Below, in pieces: positions 50,487 to 59,870 of a stretch of DNA of 64,000 nucleotides; the stretch's first letter is position 1; every line of letters begins with the position of its first letter. A program made the translations under genes and the position numbers. The notes below the pieces were generated by a model that saw only the letters and a program-made list of their open reading frames with translations, was not told the origin of the DNA and searched no databases. The DNA comes from Actinomycetota bacterium (GTDB lineage: Bacteria; Actinomycetota; UBA4738), in assembly GCA_036505215.1 (NCBI GenBank), contig DASXTW010000085.1, positions 656-64,655 of the forward strand, in the 5' to 3' direction.

Positions 50487-51138
50487 GCTGCTCAGGCTCC
50501 GCCGGCTCCGGTCCGAAGAGGGCATGACCCTCGTGGAGCTGACCGTGAGCATGTCGATGATGGCCGTCGTGGCGGTCATTTTCCTGACCGCGCTCGCCTC
50601 GGTGCAGCGCGGAGTCGAGCGTCAGACGGATCGCACGACGACCAACGACCAGGTGAGGCTGGCCATCGATCAGCTCGACCACGAGATCCGGTCGGGCAAC
50701 CTCCTGTACGACCCTCAGAACGAGGCTGACCCGGATCCCAGCCACGAGGTGGTGCCCTACATGTCGCTTCGCATCTACACGCAGGCGAACGCCGACATCC
50801 GGAACCCGGGCAACCAGTGCGTGCAGTGGCGGATCACCGACATTGGCGAGCTACAGAGCAGGCGCTGGGCGACCAACTGGCGGGATGACCCCCCGAACTT
50901 GGTCACGAACTTCAGAATCGTGGCCGAGAACGTGGTGAACCGGGATCCGACCGTCAACGTGCGGGCCTTCACGCTCGATCCCGATCCCGCCAAGGGAGGC
51001 CGGACGATCGTGGTGAGCCTGGTGGTGAACAGCAACTCGAAGTCTGGTCAGAACGTGACGATCCGGCAGTCGGTGACCGGCCGGAACACCGAGTACGGAT
51101 ATCCCAGCAACGTGTGCGCGGACATCCCGCCGTACTGA
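50479..51138 (+). CDS. Type IV pilin-like / pseudopilin protein (219 aa)
   Basis: Prepilin-type signal (SEEG|MTLVELTVSMSMMAVVAVIFL). Overlaps the upstream gene by 8 nt. Confidence 0.65.
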   Translation: MDKLLRLRRLRSEEGMTLVELTVSMSMMAVVAVIFLTALASVQRGVERQTDRTTTNDQVRLAIDQLDHEIRSGNLLYDPQNEADPDPSHEVVPYMSLRIYTQANADIRNPGNQCVQWRITDIGELQSRRWATNWRDDPPNLVTNFRIVAENVVNRDPTVNVRAFTLDPDPAKGGRTIVVSLVVNSNSKSGQNVTIRQSVTGRNTEYGYPSNVCADIPPY

Positions 51139-51149
51139 AAGGGACTGCA

Positions 51150-52547
51150 ATGATGAGATTTCGTCGGGAAGAGGGGTTCGCGATGATCACGGCGATCCTG
51201 GTGTCGCTCGTGGTGCTGTCGCTGAGCTTGGTGGTCATCAACTTGGCCGTCCACAACTCCTCCCAGAGCGCGTTCGACCGGGACCGCGTGATGGCCATCC
51301 ACGCGGCCGAAGCCGGCTTGGACAACTACCTGTCCGGTCTGACCAAGCTCGATCCTGTGAACCCCGTGCCGCCGTGCAACGCCAGCCTGGATGTCGGCGC
51401 CAGTCCGGTCGAGCACTACGACGTGAGCGTGCTGCTCTTCGACACGTGGCCCCCCACCGGGCCGGGCGCATGCCCGCTGCCCGTCGGTCAGGAGGCAGCC
51501 GGTGCTCTGGTGACCGCCAAGGGCACGGCGCTCTCCGCCGCCCCGGCTGTATCCAGGAAGATGGAGACGGCCGTCCGCCTGACCCCCGTCTTCGGGGGGC
51601 TAAACCAGGCCATCTTCTCCAATGACCAGCTGAACTTCCAGAACAAGCTGGAGGTAAACGGCAACGTCGGGAACGACGGCGACGTGTACACGAACGGCGA
51701 CTTCGCCCTGGGTAACAACACCGTCATCTCCGGAACCGTCTACGCGCAGGGCTACGCGAAGATCGGCCAGGGCGTGGTCAAGGCCAATGTGTGGGCCAAC
51801 AACTACGTCGACCTGAGCGGCGGTATCTCGGTGCTCGGGAACGTCACATCCTCGACGTCGTACATCACGCTGGCCAATGCGCACGTCTACGGGGAGGCCA
51901 AGGCCGGCACTACCATCACGGTCCCAGGCAACTCGCAGATCGACGGGTCCAGGACGCCGAACTCGCCGTCTGGGCCCCCGCCCCAGATCCCCCTTCCCCA
52001 GGTCCCGTACGTCCAGTCCGAATGGATAAAGGCCGGCTACACGATCGTGAACTACTCGAGCTGCGCCCTGGCCAAGACGTTCATCAACAGCGCGCCAGTA
52101 GGGAACTACGTCGTACGGATCACCCCGACCTGCGCACTTTCTTGGGGCAACAACTCCACGATCAACCTCAAGGGGAACATGGCCATCATCACCGATGGGT
52201 CGTTCACCACCGTCAACCAGACGAGCTGGAACGGCGTGGGCAGCAAGTACACCCTTTTCATCATCCGGCCCTACCAGGCAGGCCTGCCGTGCAACCCGAC
52301 CCCGTCTCCCTACGACATCAACGTGTCGAACAACACCTCGTTCAACAACCTCCAGGTGTTCGTGTACTCGCAGTGCACAATCAACTTCGGCAACAACAAC
52401 GCGTCCGGGTTCGACGGGCAGATCATCGGTGGCCAGGTCAACATCACGAACCAGATGGTGGTGAACTTCAAGCCCATCACGGTGCCCGGGTTCAACAAGA
52501 TCGGATACCGGAGCGACGTCTCCTACCTCCGGGAGGTCCCGTCCTGA
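51150..52547 (+). CDS. PilX-N-like minor pilin-like protein (465 aa), Asn/Thr-rich
   Basis: N-terminus (RREEG|FAMITAILVSLVVLSLSLVV) matches a prepilin/PilX_N type signal. The RBS (GAAAGGGA) precedes ATGATG. Confidence 0.6.
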   Translation: MMRFRREEGFAMITAILVSLVVLSLSLVVINLAVHNSSQSAFDRDRVMAIHAAEAGLDNYLSGLTKLDPVNPVPPCNASLDVGASPVEHYDVSVLLFDTWPPTGPGACPLPVGQEAAGALVTAKGTALSAAPAVSRKMETAVRLTPVFGGLNQAIFSNDQLNFQNKLEVNGNVGNDGDVYTNGDFALGNNTVISGTVYAQGYAKIGQGVVKANVWANNYVDLSGGISVLGNVTSSTSYITLANAHVYGEAKAGTTITVPGNSQIDGSRTPNSPSGPPPQIPLPQVPYVQSEWIKAGYTIVNYSSCALAKTFINSAPVGNYVVRITPTCALSWGNNSTINLKGNMAIITDGSFTTVNQTSWNGVGSKYTLFIIRPYQAGLPCNPTPSPYDINVSNNTSFNNLQVFVYSQCTINFGNNNASGFDGQIIGGQVNITNQMVVNFKPITVPGFNKIGYRSDVSYLREVPS

Positions 52548-52613
52548 CGGATCCCAACCCCGCAGGGGCGACGCAAGAGCGAAAGCGACCGGGCCGCGCG
52601 GCCCGGTCGCTTG

Positions 52614-53777
52614 TTATCGGGCGCAGCCGTCCGTGGAGACCGACTCGGTCCTGGTCTTGGCTTTTCTGAGCTTGGGGATCACCTCGGCCGACGTGAGGGC
52701 GTAGCCCACGTCCCCTTCAGTGGTAGACGCTGCGAACACGACCCCGACGACCTTTCCGCCTTTGAGGACGAACGGCCCGCCGGAATTCCCTGGGCGCACG
52801 TCGGCCTGCAGCTCGTAGACGTCGCGCTCGACGACCGAGTTGCCGTAGATGTCGCGGCCCACGGCGTGCAGCTCCCGCCGAACCGCAGCCGGCTCGGGAT
52901 CGAACGGGCCACCACCCGGGTAGCCGAGTACCGCTCCCTGGGTCCCGCGGTCGACCTCGTCGGGGTCGAGGTCCAGGGGCGGGCCGGGAGTGTTTTCCAC
53001 GTACAGGACCGCGATGTCGAGCCGGGGATCGAACAGGACGGTCACCCCGACCTGCGCCCCGCCGCTCTGGCGGACCTGCGGCGACCTGACCCCCGCAACC
53101 ACGTGCGCGTTGGTGATCACATAGTGGTCGGCCGCCACGAAGCCGCTGCCCTCCTGGACTGCACCGCACGCCTGGCCGACGATCTGCACGGTGCTGGCGG
53201 CAGAGGCGTTGACGATCCCCCTGATGTTCCTGGGCACGTCCACCGGGCTCCCCGGTTCCGGCGGGAGATCGGCGAACACCTCGGGGAAGCCGAATCGGTT
53301 GAGGAACTGGCGGACCTCCGCGAGCAGCGAGGGGGGGCGGGGGAGGAATGAGTCCAGGCCTCGGATGATTGCCGAGCTTCGAATCTGCCGGGACACGCTG
53401 GGCACCGGTCCATTGACCAGATTGAACCCCACGAACCACGTGGCCAGGAGCACCGCCACGAGGGCCACGAACGACCCCGCGACGGAGTCGGCCACGCCGA
53501 ACACGCTCTGCCTGGCCAGGGCCCAGAACTTGCTGCCGATGACCCAGCCGATGGCGTCGCCGACCCCCGCCAGAGAGAAAAGGACGACGATGGCCACGAC
53601 CGCTTGGGACAGGGGGCTCGCCACGAGCCCGGCCACGGCCGGTGCCAGAAGGGCTCCCGCCAGGAGCCCGGCGAGCAATCCCGCGTAGGCGGTGAGCTGG
53701 AGGGCGGCGCCGCGCCGGAACCCGTTCACGGACGCGACCCCCAACAGCGCGAGGATGACCAGATCCAGCAGGTTCAC
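52614..53777 (-). CDS. MarP-like membrane-anchored S1 (trypsin-like) serine protease with a CvpA-like N-terminal membrane domain
   Basis: Four N-terminal TM helices, then the catalytic triad context (TNAHVV, D, GNSGGP). Confidence 0.8.
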   Translation of the reverse strand: MNLLDLVILALLGVASVNGFRRGAALQLTAYAGLLAGLLAGALLAPAVAGLVASPLSQAVVAIVVLFSLAGVGDAIGWVIGSKFWALARQSVFGVADSVAGSFVALVAVLLATWFVGFNLVNGPVPSVSRQIRSSAIIRGLDSFLPRPPSLLAEVRQFLNRFGFPEVFADLPPEPGSPVDVPRNIRGIVNASAASTVQIVGQACGAVQEGSGFVAADHYVITNAHVVAGVRSPQVRQSGGAQVGVTVLFDPRLDIAVLYVENTPGPPLDLDPDEVDRGTQGAVLGYPGGGPFDPEPAAVRRELHAVGRDIYGNSVVERDVYELQADVRPGNSGGPFVLKGGKVVGVVFAASTTEGDVGYALTSAEVIPKLRKAKTRTESVSTDGCAR

Positions 53778-53812
53778 GAGGAGGAGATTAGCGCCGCAGG
53801 TAAACTGGCTTC

Positions 53813-54613
53813 GTGGTCACGATCGCCCACATCTCCGATCCCCACGTCGGCTCGCCGTACTTCGTGCCGAACCTGATGAACCGCGTGATCGTCGAGCTCA
53901 ATGAGCTGGAGCCCGACGTCGTGGTCTGCACGGGCGATCTCACCAACGAGGGCTACCGGCAGGAGTACAAGAACTGGGTGGCCTACCAGGAGCGGATCAG
54001 GGCACCGATCGCCACCATCCCTGGGAATCACGATGCGCGAAACGTGGGCTATCTCCACTTCGAGGAGCTGATCGGCCCCCGGCACTGGGTCCACGATGTG
54101 CGTGGGGTACGCATCGTCGGGGTGGATTCGAGCGAGCCGGATCTGAACGAAGGGCAGATCGGCCGGGAACGGTACCCGTGGATCAAGGAGCAGTTCACCC
54201 CTGCCTCCGAGCTGAAGGTCTTCGCCCTCCATCATCACCTGATCCCCGTTCCGGGTACCGGCCGTGAGCGGAGCACTGTGGCCGACGCAGGCGATCTCCT
54301 GGAGGTCCTGATCGAGTCCGGGGTGAACATTGTCCTCTCAGGACACAAACACGTGCCCTACGTGTGGCGGCTGGAGACCTTCTACATCGTGAACGCGGGA
54401 ACCTGCTCGTCCCTGCGCCTACGGGGCTACACCAAGCCGTGCTACAACATCGTCGAGGTGGAGGGGGACGAGGTGAAGATCTTCCGGAAGTTCCCCTTCG
54501 GCGGGCAGACGGTGCTGGCGCACTTCTCCCTTTCGAGCGGGGCGCAGTATCACCGGCAGCTGGAGGCGCTCGTGCAGGACGCTCGCACGAACGTCAGTCT
54601 GGCCTCCGAATAA
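53813..54613 (+). CDS. Metallophosphoesterase (calcineurin-like)
   Basis: Metallophosphatase motifs (DPH, GDLTNEG, GNHD, HHH, GHKH). Confidence 0.85.
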   Translation: MVTIAHISDPHVGSPYFVPNLMNRVIVELNELEPDVVVCTGDLTNEGYRQEYKNWVAYQERIRAPIATIPGNHDARNVGYLHFEELIGPRHWVHDVRGVRIVGVDSSEPDLNEGQIGRERYPWIKEQFTPASELKVFALHHHLIPVPGTGRERSTVADAGDLLEVLIESGVNIVLSGHKHVPYVWRLETFYIVNAGTCSSLRLRGYTKPCYNIVEVEGDEVKIFRKFPFGGQTVLAHFSLSSGAQYHRQLEALVQDARTNVSLASE

Positions 54614-54654
54614 CCCACCGCCTGTCGGGGTGAGTCGCGGCGTCGGGATTCTGG

Positions 54655-56010
54655 ATGAAGGTCATCGCTCTGGTCGACGGCGAGCACTACCCCTCGGTCA
54701 CGCGCTGGGGGTTGGATTCGGCGCGACAGGCCGGCCTCGAAGTCATACTCGCGCTCCTCGTCGGAGGCATCGAGAAGCTGGGGGCCGACCGGGGCCTGGA
54801 TCTCGGATCCGTGCCGGTCGTGCGGGGCGAGGCTGATCCCCGGGCAGCCCTCTCCGCGGCGATCAGGGAGCACTCACCCGAAGCGGTGCTGGACCTCTCG
54901 GACGAGCCGGTCCTGGGCTACGAGCACAGGATGGAGCTCGCCGCGGTGGCCCTGTCCATGGGCGTTCCTTACCTTGGCCCCGATTTCCGGTTCGACCCGC
55001 CGATCGTCGAGGCGCCCCTGCCCGTGCCCACCCTCGGGGTCATCGGAGCGGGCAAGCGCGTGGCCAAGACCGCCATAGCCGGGCATGCCGCCCGGCTGGC
55101 CGTGGGGGCGGGCCTTCGCCCGGCCGTCGTAGCAATGGGGAGGGGAGGGCCCGTGGCGCCGGTCACCGCAGGGGCTGCCGACGTCACTCTGGATGCGCTG
55201 CTCGCCACGGCGGAGCGAGGCGAGCACGCCGCCTCGGACTACCTGGAGGACGCGCTCATGTCAGGCGTCCCCACCGTGGGTGCGAGACGCTGTGGGGGAG
55301 GGCTCGCAGGGAAGCCCTTCGTCACCAACGTGGCCGAAGCCGCGCAGCAGGCGGCCGGCTCGGGAGCCGACCTGGTCATCTTGGAGGGGAGCGGCGCCTC
55401 CGTCCCGACCGTTCCATGGGACGCAGGGATCCTGGTGGCCCCGGCGACGACTCCGTTGGAACACCTCGGCGGGTACTTCGGGCCTCTGCGGATATTGCTA
55501 TCGGACCTTTTGGTCTTTATCATGGATGGTGGCTCGTCCGCCGAGCCCGACAACCTTTCGTCTCTCTATCCCTTAGTTCGTCGGCTTCACGCAGATATCC
55601 GGGTAGCCATAGCGGAGCTTCAACCGGTGGCGCTGGCCGACGTGAGAGGCAAGGATGCGTTCTTCGCAACGACCGCACACCGAGAACTGGCGGGTCATCT
55701 CGCCGATCGACTCGAGCGCACCTCAGGGTGCCGGGTGGTGAAGGTGTCCCCACATCTTGCCGACCGAGCAGCCCTGGAGGCGGACCTCGCCGAGGCGCCG
55801 CCTTTCGATGTCCTGCTCACCGAGCTGAAAGCGGCGGCGATCGACGTGGCGGCCCGGCGCGCCTTGGACCGCGGAGCCGAAGTGGTGTTCGTGGACAACC
55901 GCCCCCGGACGGCGGGTGGAGACGGAGAGATCGACGAGCTCCTCACGGAAACGATCCTCCTGGCTGGGGAGCGGGGGCGGGAGCGGACTCAAAGCGCGGA
56001 GCCTGAATGA
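54655..56010 (+). CDS. Putative cyclic 2,3-diphosphoglycerate synthetase
   Basis: 451 aa. The N-terminus (KVIALVDGEHYP) and the P-loop-like GVIGAGKRVAKT resemble the archaeal cDPGS family. Assignment rests on recall of the family plus its pairing with a 2PGK-like gene; no HMM was run. Confidence 0.5.
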   Translation: MKVIALVDGEHYPSVTRWGLDSARQAGLEVILALLVGGIEKLGADRGLDLGSVPVVRGEADPRAALSAAIREHSPEAVLDLSDEPVLGYEHRMELAAVALSMGVPYLGPDFRFDPPIVEAPLPVPTLGVIGAGKRVAKTAIAGHAARLAVGAGLRPAVVAMGRGGPVAPVTAGAADVTLDALLATAERGEHAASDYLEDALMSGVPTVGARRCGGGLAGKPFVTNVAEAAQQAAGSGADLVILEGSGASVPTVPWDAGILVAPATTPLEHLGGYFGPLRILLSDLLVFIMDGGSSAEPDNLSSLYPLVRRLHADIRVAIAELQPVALADVRGKDAFFATTAHRELAGHLADRLERTSGCRVVKVSPHLADRAALEADLAEAPPFDVLLTELKAAAIDVAARRALDRGAEVVFVDNRPRTAGGDGEIDELLTETILLAGERGRERTQSAEPE

Positions 56011-56987
56011 CCGACAAGAAGATCATCGTCATCTCGGGAGTGGATCCCGGCCTGCCCTATTCCAAGGGCTTGCGGGCGAGCGAGCTCATGGTCACCGGTC
56101 TCTCTCCCTATCGTGCCTACCAGGTGGCCGAGCAGGTTGAGCATCGGCTGCTCGAGCGCGAAGTGGCCACTGTCACCACCGAGGAACTGGACGACCTGAC
56201 GATCGACGTGCTCTCGGACCTGGCGGGGGAGCGCTACGCGACGAACTGGCTGAAGTGGAGAGAGATCACCGCCCTGGATTCACCCCTGGTCATCATGATC
56301 GGCGGGGCAACGGGGGTGGGGAAGTCGACCATAGCCACCCAGCTTGCCGTGCGCCTGGGGATCGTCCGCGTGGTGGCCACCGATGCCATCCGGGAGGTCA
56401 TGCGCGCGCTTTTCACCAGCGAGCTGATGCCAACCCTGTACACCTCGTCGTTCGAGGCCGACTCGGCGCTCCGGGAGCCCCCGCCCCGGCCCCTGGACCG
56501 GGTGATCGTCGGATTTCGGGAGCAGACGGCGGCGGTGGCGGTGGGCATCCGTGCCCTGGTGGAGCGGGCGGCCGTGGAGGGAACCAGCATCGTGATCGAG
56601 GGGGCCCATGTGGTTCCTGGATTTTTCGATCTGGAGGCCTACGAGGGAAGAGTTCTGGCGGTCCCGGTTGTTGTTACTGTTGACGACGAGGATTTGCACC
56701 GCAGCCACTTCGCGGTCCGCTCGACAGACGCCTCCTCCCGGCCATTCGAGCGATACGCCCAAGGTTTCCCGAACATCCGAAGGGTGCAGAAATACATCAA
56801 GAGCCAGGCGCTCAGCCACAACGTGCCCATGATCCCGAACTACAGCCTGGATCAGGCCCTGTCCGCGATCATCGACCTGGTGGTGGAGCGAGCCACCGAC
56901 TACATACGGAACCGGCAGCAACGCGATGGGTCCAAACGCCGGCATCCGTCCAGAGAAGCGACCCGACTGGAGGCAAGCAAGAGATGA
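56007..56987 (+). CDS. Putative 2-phosphoglycerate kinase (P-loop kinase)
   Basis: Walker A (GGATGVGKST), a size of 326 aa and a 4-nt overlap with the upstream putative cDPGS gene fit the archaeal cpgS-2pgk arrangement. Confidence 0.55.
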   Translation: MTDKKIIVISGVDPGLPYSKGLRASELMVTGLSPYRAYQVAEQVEHRLLEREVATVTTEELDDLTIDVLSDLAGERYATNWLKWREITALDSPLVIMIGGATGVGKSTIATQLAVRLGIVRVVATDAIREVMRALFTSELMPTLYTSSFEADSALREPPPRPLDRVIVGFREQTAAVAVGIRALVERAAVEGTSIVIEGAHVVPGFFDLEAYEGRVLAVPVVVTVDDEDLHRSHFAVRSTDASSRPFERYAQGFPNIRRVQKYIKSQALSHNVPMIPNYSLDQALSAIIDLVVERATDYIRNRQQRDGSKRRHPSREATRLEASKR

Positions 56988-57646
56988 AGCTGTTCCTCGA
57001 TACCGCCAACCTCGAGGAGATCCGCGAGATCAAGAAGTGGGGGGTGCTCGGCGGTTGCACCACCAACCCCAGCCTGCTGGCCAAGGAAAAGGCCGACTGG
57101 GAAGTGCAGATGAAGGAGGTCTGCGCCGAGGTCGACGGGCCCGTATCCCTCGAGACAACCCACGAAAAGGCCGATGAGATCTATGAAGAGGGCCTGAAGC
57201 TCGCCGCGGTCGCTCCCAACGCTGTGGTCAAGGTGGCCATGACCTCCGACGGACTGGAGGCAGGGAAGCGGCTGGTGGACGAGGGGATCCCCGTCAACGT
57301 GACGCTCACCTTCTCCCCGGCCCAGGCCATCCTGGCCGGCGAGATCGGGGCCACCTACGTGTCGCCCTTCCTGGGACGGCTGGATGACATCGGATCTGAC
57401 GGAATGAACGTGCTGCGTGACATCTGCGAGATCTACGACGTCCAGGGGTATGACACCCTCGTCCTGGCCGCGTCCCTCCGCCATCCGATGCACGTGGTGG
57501 AGGCGGCCCGGCTGGGGGCGGACGTGGCCACGATGCCGTTCGACGTCTTCTCGAAGCTGGTGAAGCACCCCCTCACGGATACGGGGCTGGACAAATTCCT
57601 CTCTGACTGGAAGCAGCTCCAGAGGGATCTCAAGGAAGGAGCATGA
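56984..57646 (+). CDS. Fructose-6-phosphate aldolase / short-type transaldolase
   Basis: 220 aa with a typical Tal/FSA N-terminus ([13 protein letters not shown]...TTNPSL) and the Schiff-base Lys region (VKV). Confidence 0.9.
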   Translation: MKLFLDTANLEEIREIKKWGVLGGCTTNPSLLAKEKADWEVQMKEVCAEVDGPVSLETTHEKADEIYEEGLKLAAVAPNAVVKVAMTSDGLEAGKRLVDEGIPVNVTLTFSPAQAILAGEIGATYVSPFLGRLDDIGSDGMNVLRDICEIYDVQGYDTLVLAASLRHPMHVVEAARLGADVATMPFDVFSKLVKHPLTDTGLDKFLSDWKQLQRDLKEGA

Positions 57647-59226
57647 CGGTGGATTCGCGCACGATCGAACGGGCGGACCTGGAGGGTAAGGTCCTCCCCG
57701 AACTCCAACAGATCGCCGAAGGACTCGGCGTCGAAGGTCATCAGCGCTTGCGCAAGAGTGACCTGATCGATGCCATCGTGGCGAAATCATCCACCGACGG
57801 GCACGGTACGGCAGCGGCAGAGCCCGACACCGAGAACGCCGCGGCCGAGCCCGAGGCAGGATCTCCCGAAGGCAGGGGTGACGGGTCGCGCTCGCGAGAA
57901 AGAGGCTCCTCGAATTCGTCCGAGGGGGAGCGCGGCGCTGCGACGGCCGTGGCCGAAAGGGCGGCGGATGCTGGCCAGACGGTCACCGAGGAGCGTCCGC
58001 CCGCGGGCGAGCGCAGGGACCGCCGTCCCTCGCGAGAGGAGCGCCGCCGGGAGAGGGAGCGCCGTCGCGAGCGGGAACGGGAGGAACGCGAGGAGGAGCT
58101 GGCAACCGCTCCGACGCGGACGGGCATCCTGGATGTCCTCCCCGAGGGCTACGGGTTCCTGCGGACAAGCGGTTATCTGCCGGGCAACGAGGACATCTAC
58201 GTGTCGCTCTCGCAGATCAGGCGGTTCGGACTGCGCCGGGGGGACCAGATCACCGGCAAGGTCCGGCAGCCCCGGGACAACGAGAAATACCCCGCGTTGC
58301 TGCAGATCGAGACCGTGGCGGGAGTCGATCCGGAGATTGCTCGGCAACGGCCGGACTTCGACAAGCTGACTCCGCTGTTCCCCGACGAGCGATACCGCTT
58401 GGAGCATGACCCCAAATGGATCACCGAGCGGATCATCGACCTGATCGCGCCGATCGGGAAGGGCCAGCGGGGCATGGTGGTTTCGCCGCCGAAGGCCGGG
58501 AAGACCACCGTCCTCAAGCAGATCGCCGGCGGCATCCTTGCCGCCGACCCCGAGTCGCACGTGATCGTGCTGCTCGTGGACGAGCGGCCGGAGGAGGTCA
58601 CCGACTGGCAGCGGACGGTGGAGGCGGCGGAGGTCGTGTACTCCACCTTCGACAAGCCCGCCGATCAGCACACCCAGGTCACCGAGCTGGTCCTCGAGCG
58701 CTCGAAGCGGCTGGTGGAGCAAGGGATGAACGTGGTGATCCTGCTGGACTCGATCACCCGTCTTGCCCGCGCGTACAACCTGGCTGCGCCCGCGTCGGGG
58801 AGGATCCTCTCCGGTGGTGTCGACTCGACGGCGCTGTACCCGCCGAAGCGGTTCTTCGGGGCTGCCCGGAACCTGGAGGAGGGCGGGTCGCTCACGATCA
58901 TCGCCAGCGCCCTGGTGGAGACGGGATCCCGGATGGACGAGGTCATCTTCGAGGAGTTCAAGGGCACGGGGAACTGGGAGATCCGCCTGGACCGCAACCT
59001 GTCCGAGAAGCGAATCTTCCCGGCCCTGAACATCGAAGCCTCCGGCACCCGCAAGGAGGAGCGCCTCATGCCCACGGAGGAGCTGGCCCTGGTGTGGCGT
59101 CTCCGTCGGGTCCTGCACGCGCTGGAGCCGGCGGCGGCATTGGAGCTGCTGATCGACAAGATCCGGGTGACCAAGTCGAACGAGCAGTTCCTCCGGGAGA
59201 TCGCCAAGGCCCCCGTCAGCGAGTAA
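57643..59226 (+). CDS. rho: Transcription termination factor Rho, with an RD/RE-rich N-terminal insertion
   Basis: N-terminal domain, RNA-binding OB fold, P-loop (GKTTVL) and the conserved C-terminus. The low-complexity [11 protein letters not shown] insertion is typical of actinobacterial Rho. Confidence 0.95.
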   Translation: MTVDSRTIERADLEGKVLPELQQIAEGLGVEGHQRLRKSDLIDAIVAKSSTDGHGTAAAEPDTENAAAEPEAGSPEGRGDGSRSRERGSSNSSEGERGAATAVAERAADAGQTVTEERPPAGERRDRRPSREERRRERERRREREREEREEELATAPTRTGILDVLPEGYGFLRTSGYLPGNEDIYVSLSQIRRFGLRRGDQITGKVRQPRDNEKYPALLQIETVAGVDPEIARQRPDFDKLTPLFPDERYRLEHDPKWITERIIDLIAPIGKGQRGMVVSPPKAGKTTVLKQIAGGILAADPESHVIVLLVDERPEEVTDWQRTVEAAEVVYSTFDKPADQHTQVTELVLERSKRLVEQGMNVVILLDSITRLARAYNLAAPASGRILSGGVDSTALYPPKRFFGAARNLEEGGSLTIIASALVETGSRMDEVIFEEFKGTGNWEIRLDRNLSEKRIFPALNIEASGTRKEERLMPTEELALVWRLRRVLHALEPAAALELLIDKIRVTKSNEQFLREIAKAPVSE

Positions 59227-59231
59227 TCGAA

Positions 59232-59456
59232 ATGGCCGGCTGGGGTGACGACCCGGTGATGGCGGAGCTCCAACAGGCCCTCGCGGATGGCTGGGAACCG
59301 GTGCGGGTAACGGAGGAAAAGGACAGCACGGGCACGGCATTCGATGTGGTGACCGTGGATAAGGGCGGCGAGCAGAGGCAGTTCCGCAGCGACCACCTGG
59401 CCTTCCACAGGTATGTAGAAGGCCTGATGGAGGATTTCGGCCTCTCCTACTCCTAG
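59232..59456 (+). CDS. Hypothetical small protein (75 aa)
   Basis: ORF with an ATG 6 nt after the rho stop. No recognisable motif. Confidence 0.35.
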   Translation: MAGWGDDPVMAELQQALADGWEPVRVTEEKDSTGTAFDVVTVDKGGEQRQFRSDHLAFHRYVEGLMEDFGLSYS

Positions 59457-59645
59457 TGCGCGAGGGCGACGGCCGGCTGTTGACGCCGCCACCCCCGCTC
59501 GCTCGCTTCGCTCGATCGCGGGGGGGGCCCCCGGCGGCTATGCGCCGGACAGCGGGCGACTGAGCGCAGGTACGAGGCGGCCACAGCCGGCGTCGGAGTC
59601 GAGTGAGGGGCTGTGTGGGAATATGGGTCGGTTGAAAGGAATGAG

Positions 59646-59861
59646 ATGAAGCAAGGAATCCACCCCGAATACGTGCAAGCGACCGTCAGGTGTTCCTGCG
59701 GCAACACGTTCACGACGCGGTCTACCAAGTCCGAGATACACGTCGAGATCTGCTCGGCCTGCCATCCCTTCTACACGGGCAAGCAGAAGCTCGTGGACAC
59801 GGGCGGGCGGGTCGAGCGGTTCCAGCGCCGGTACGGGCAGCGACCCGCTTCTGGCAGGTAA
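59646..59861 (+). CDS. rpmE: 50S ribosomal protein L31
   Basis: [10 protein letters not shown]-terminus with CxxC ... [12 protein letters not shown] zinc-binding motifs. Confidence 0.9.
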   Translation: MKQGIHPEYVQATVRCSCGNTFTTRSTKSEIHVEICSACHPFYTGKQKLVDTGGRVERFQRRYGQRPASGR

Positions 59862-59870
59862 CGCCCCGTC

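Noticed and set aside
59232-59456. Possibility that the 75-aa ORF after rho is a known conserved small protein
   Set aside because: No motif was recognised. It is kept only as a low-confidence hypothetical CDS.
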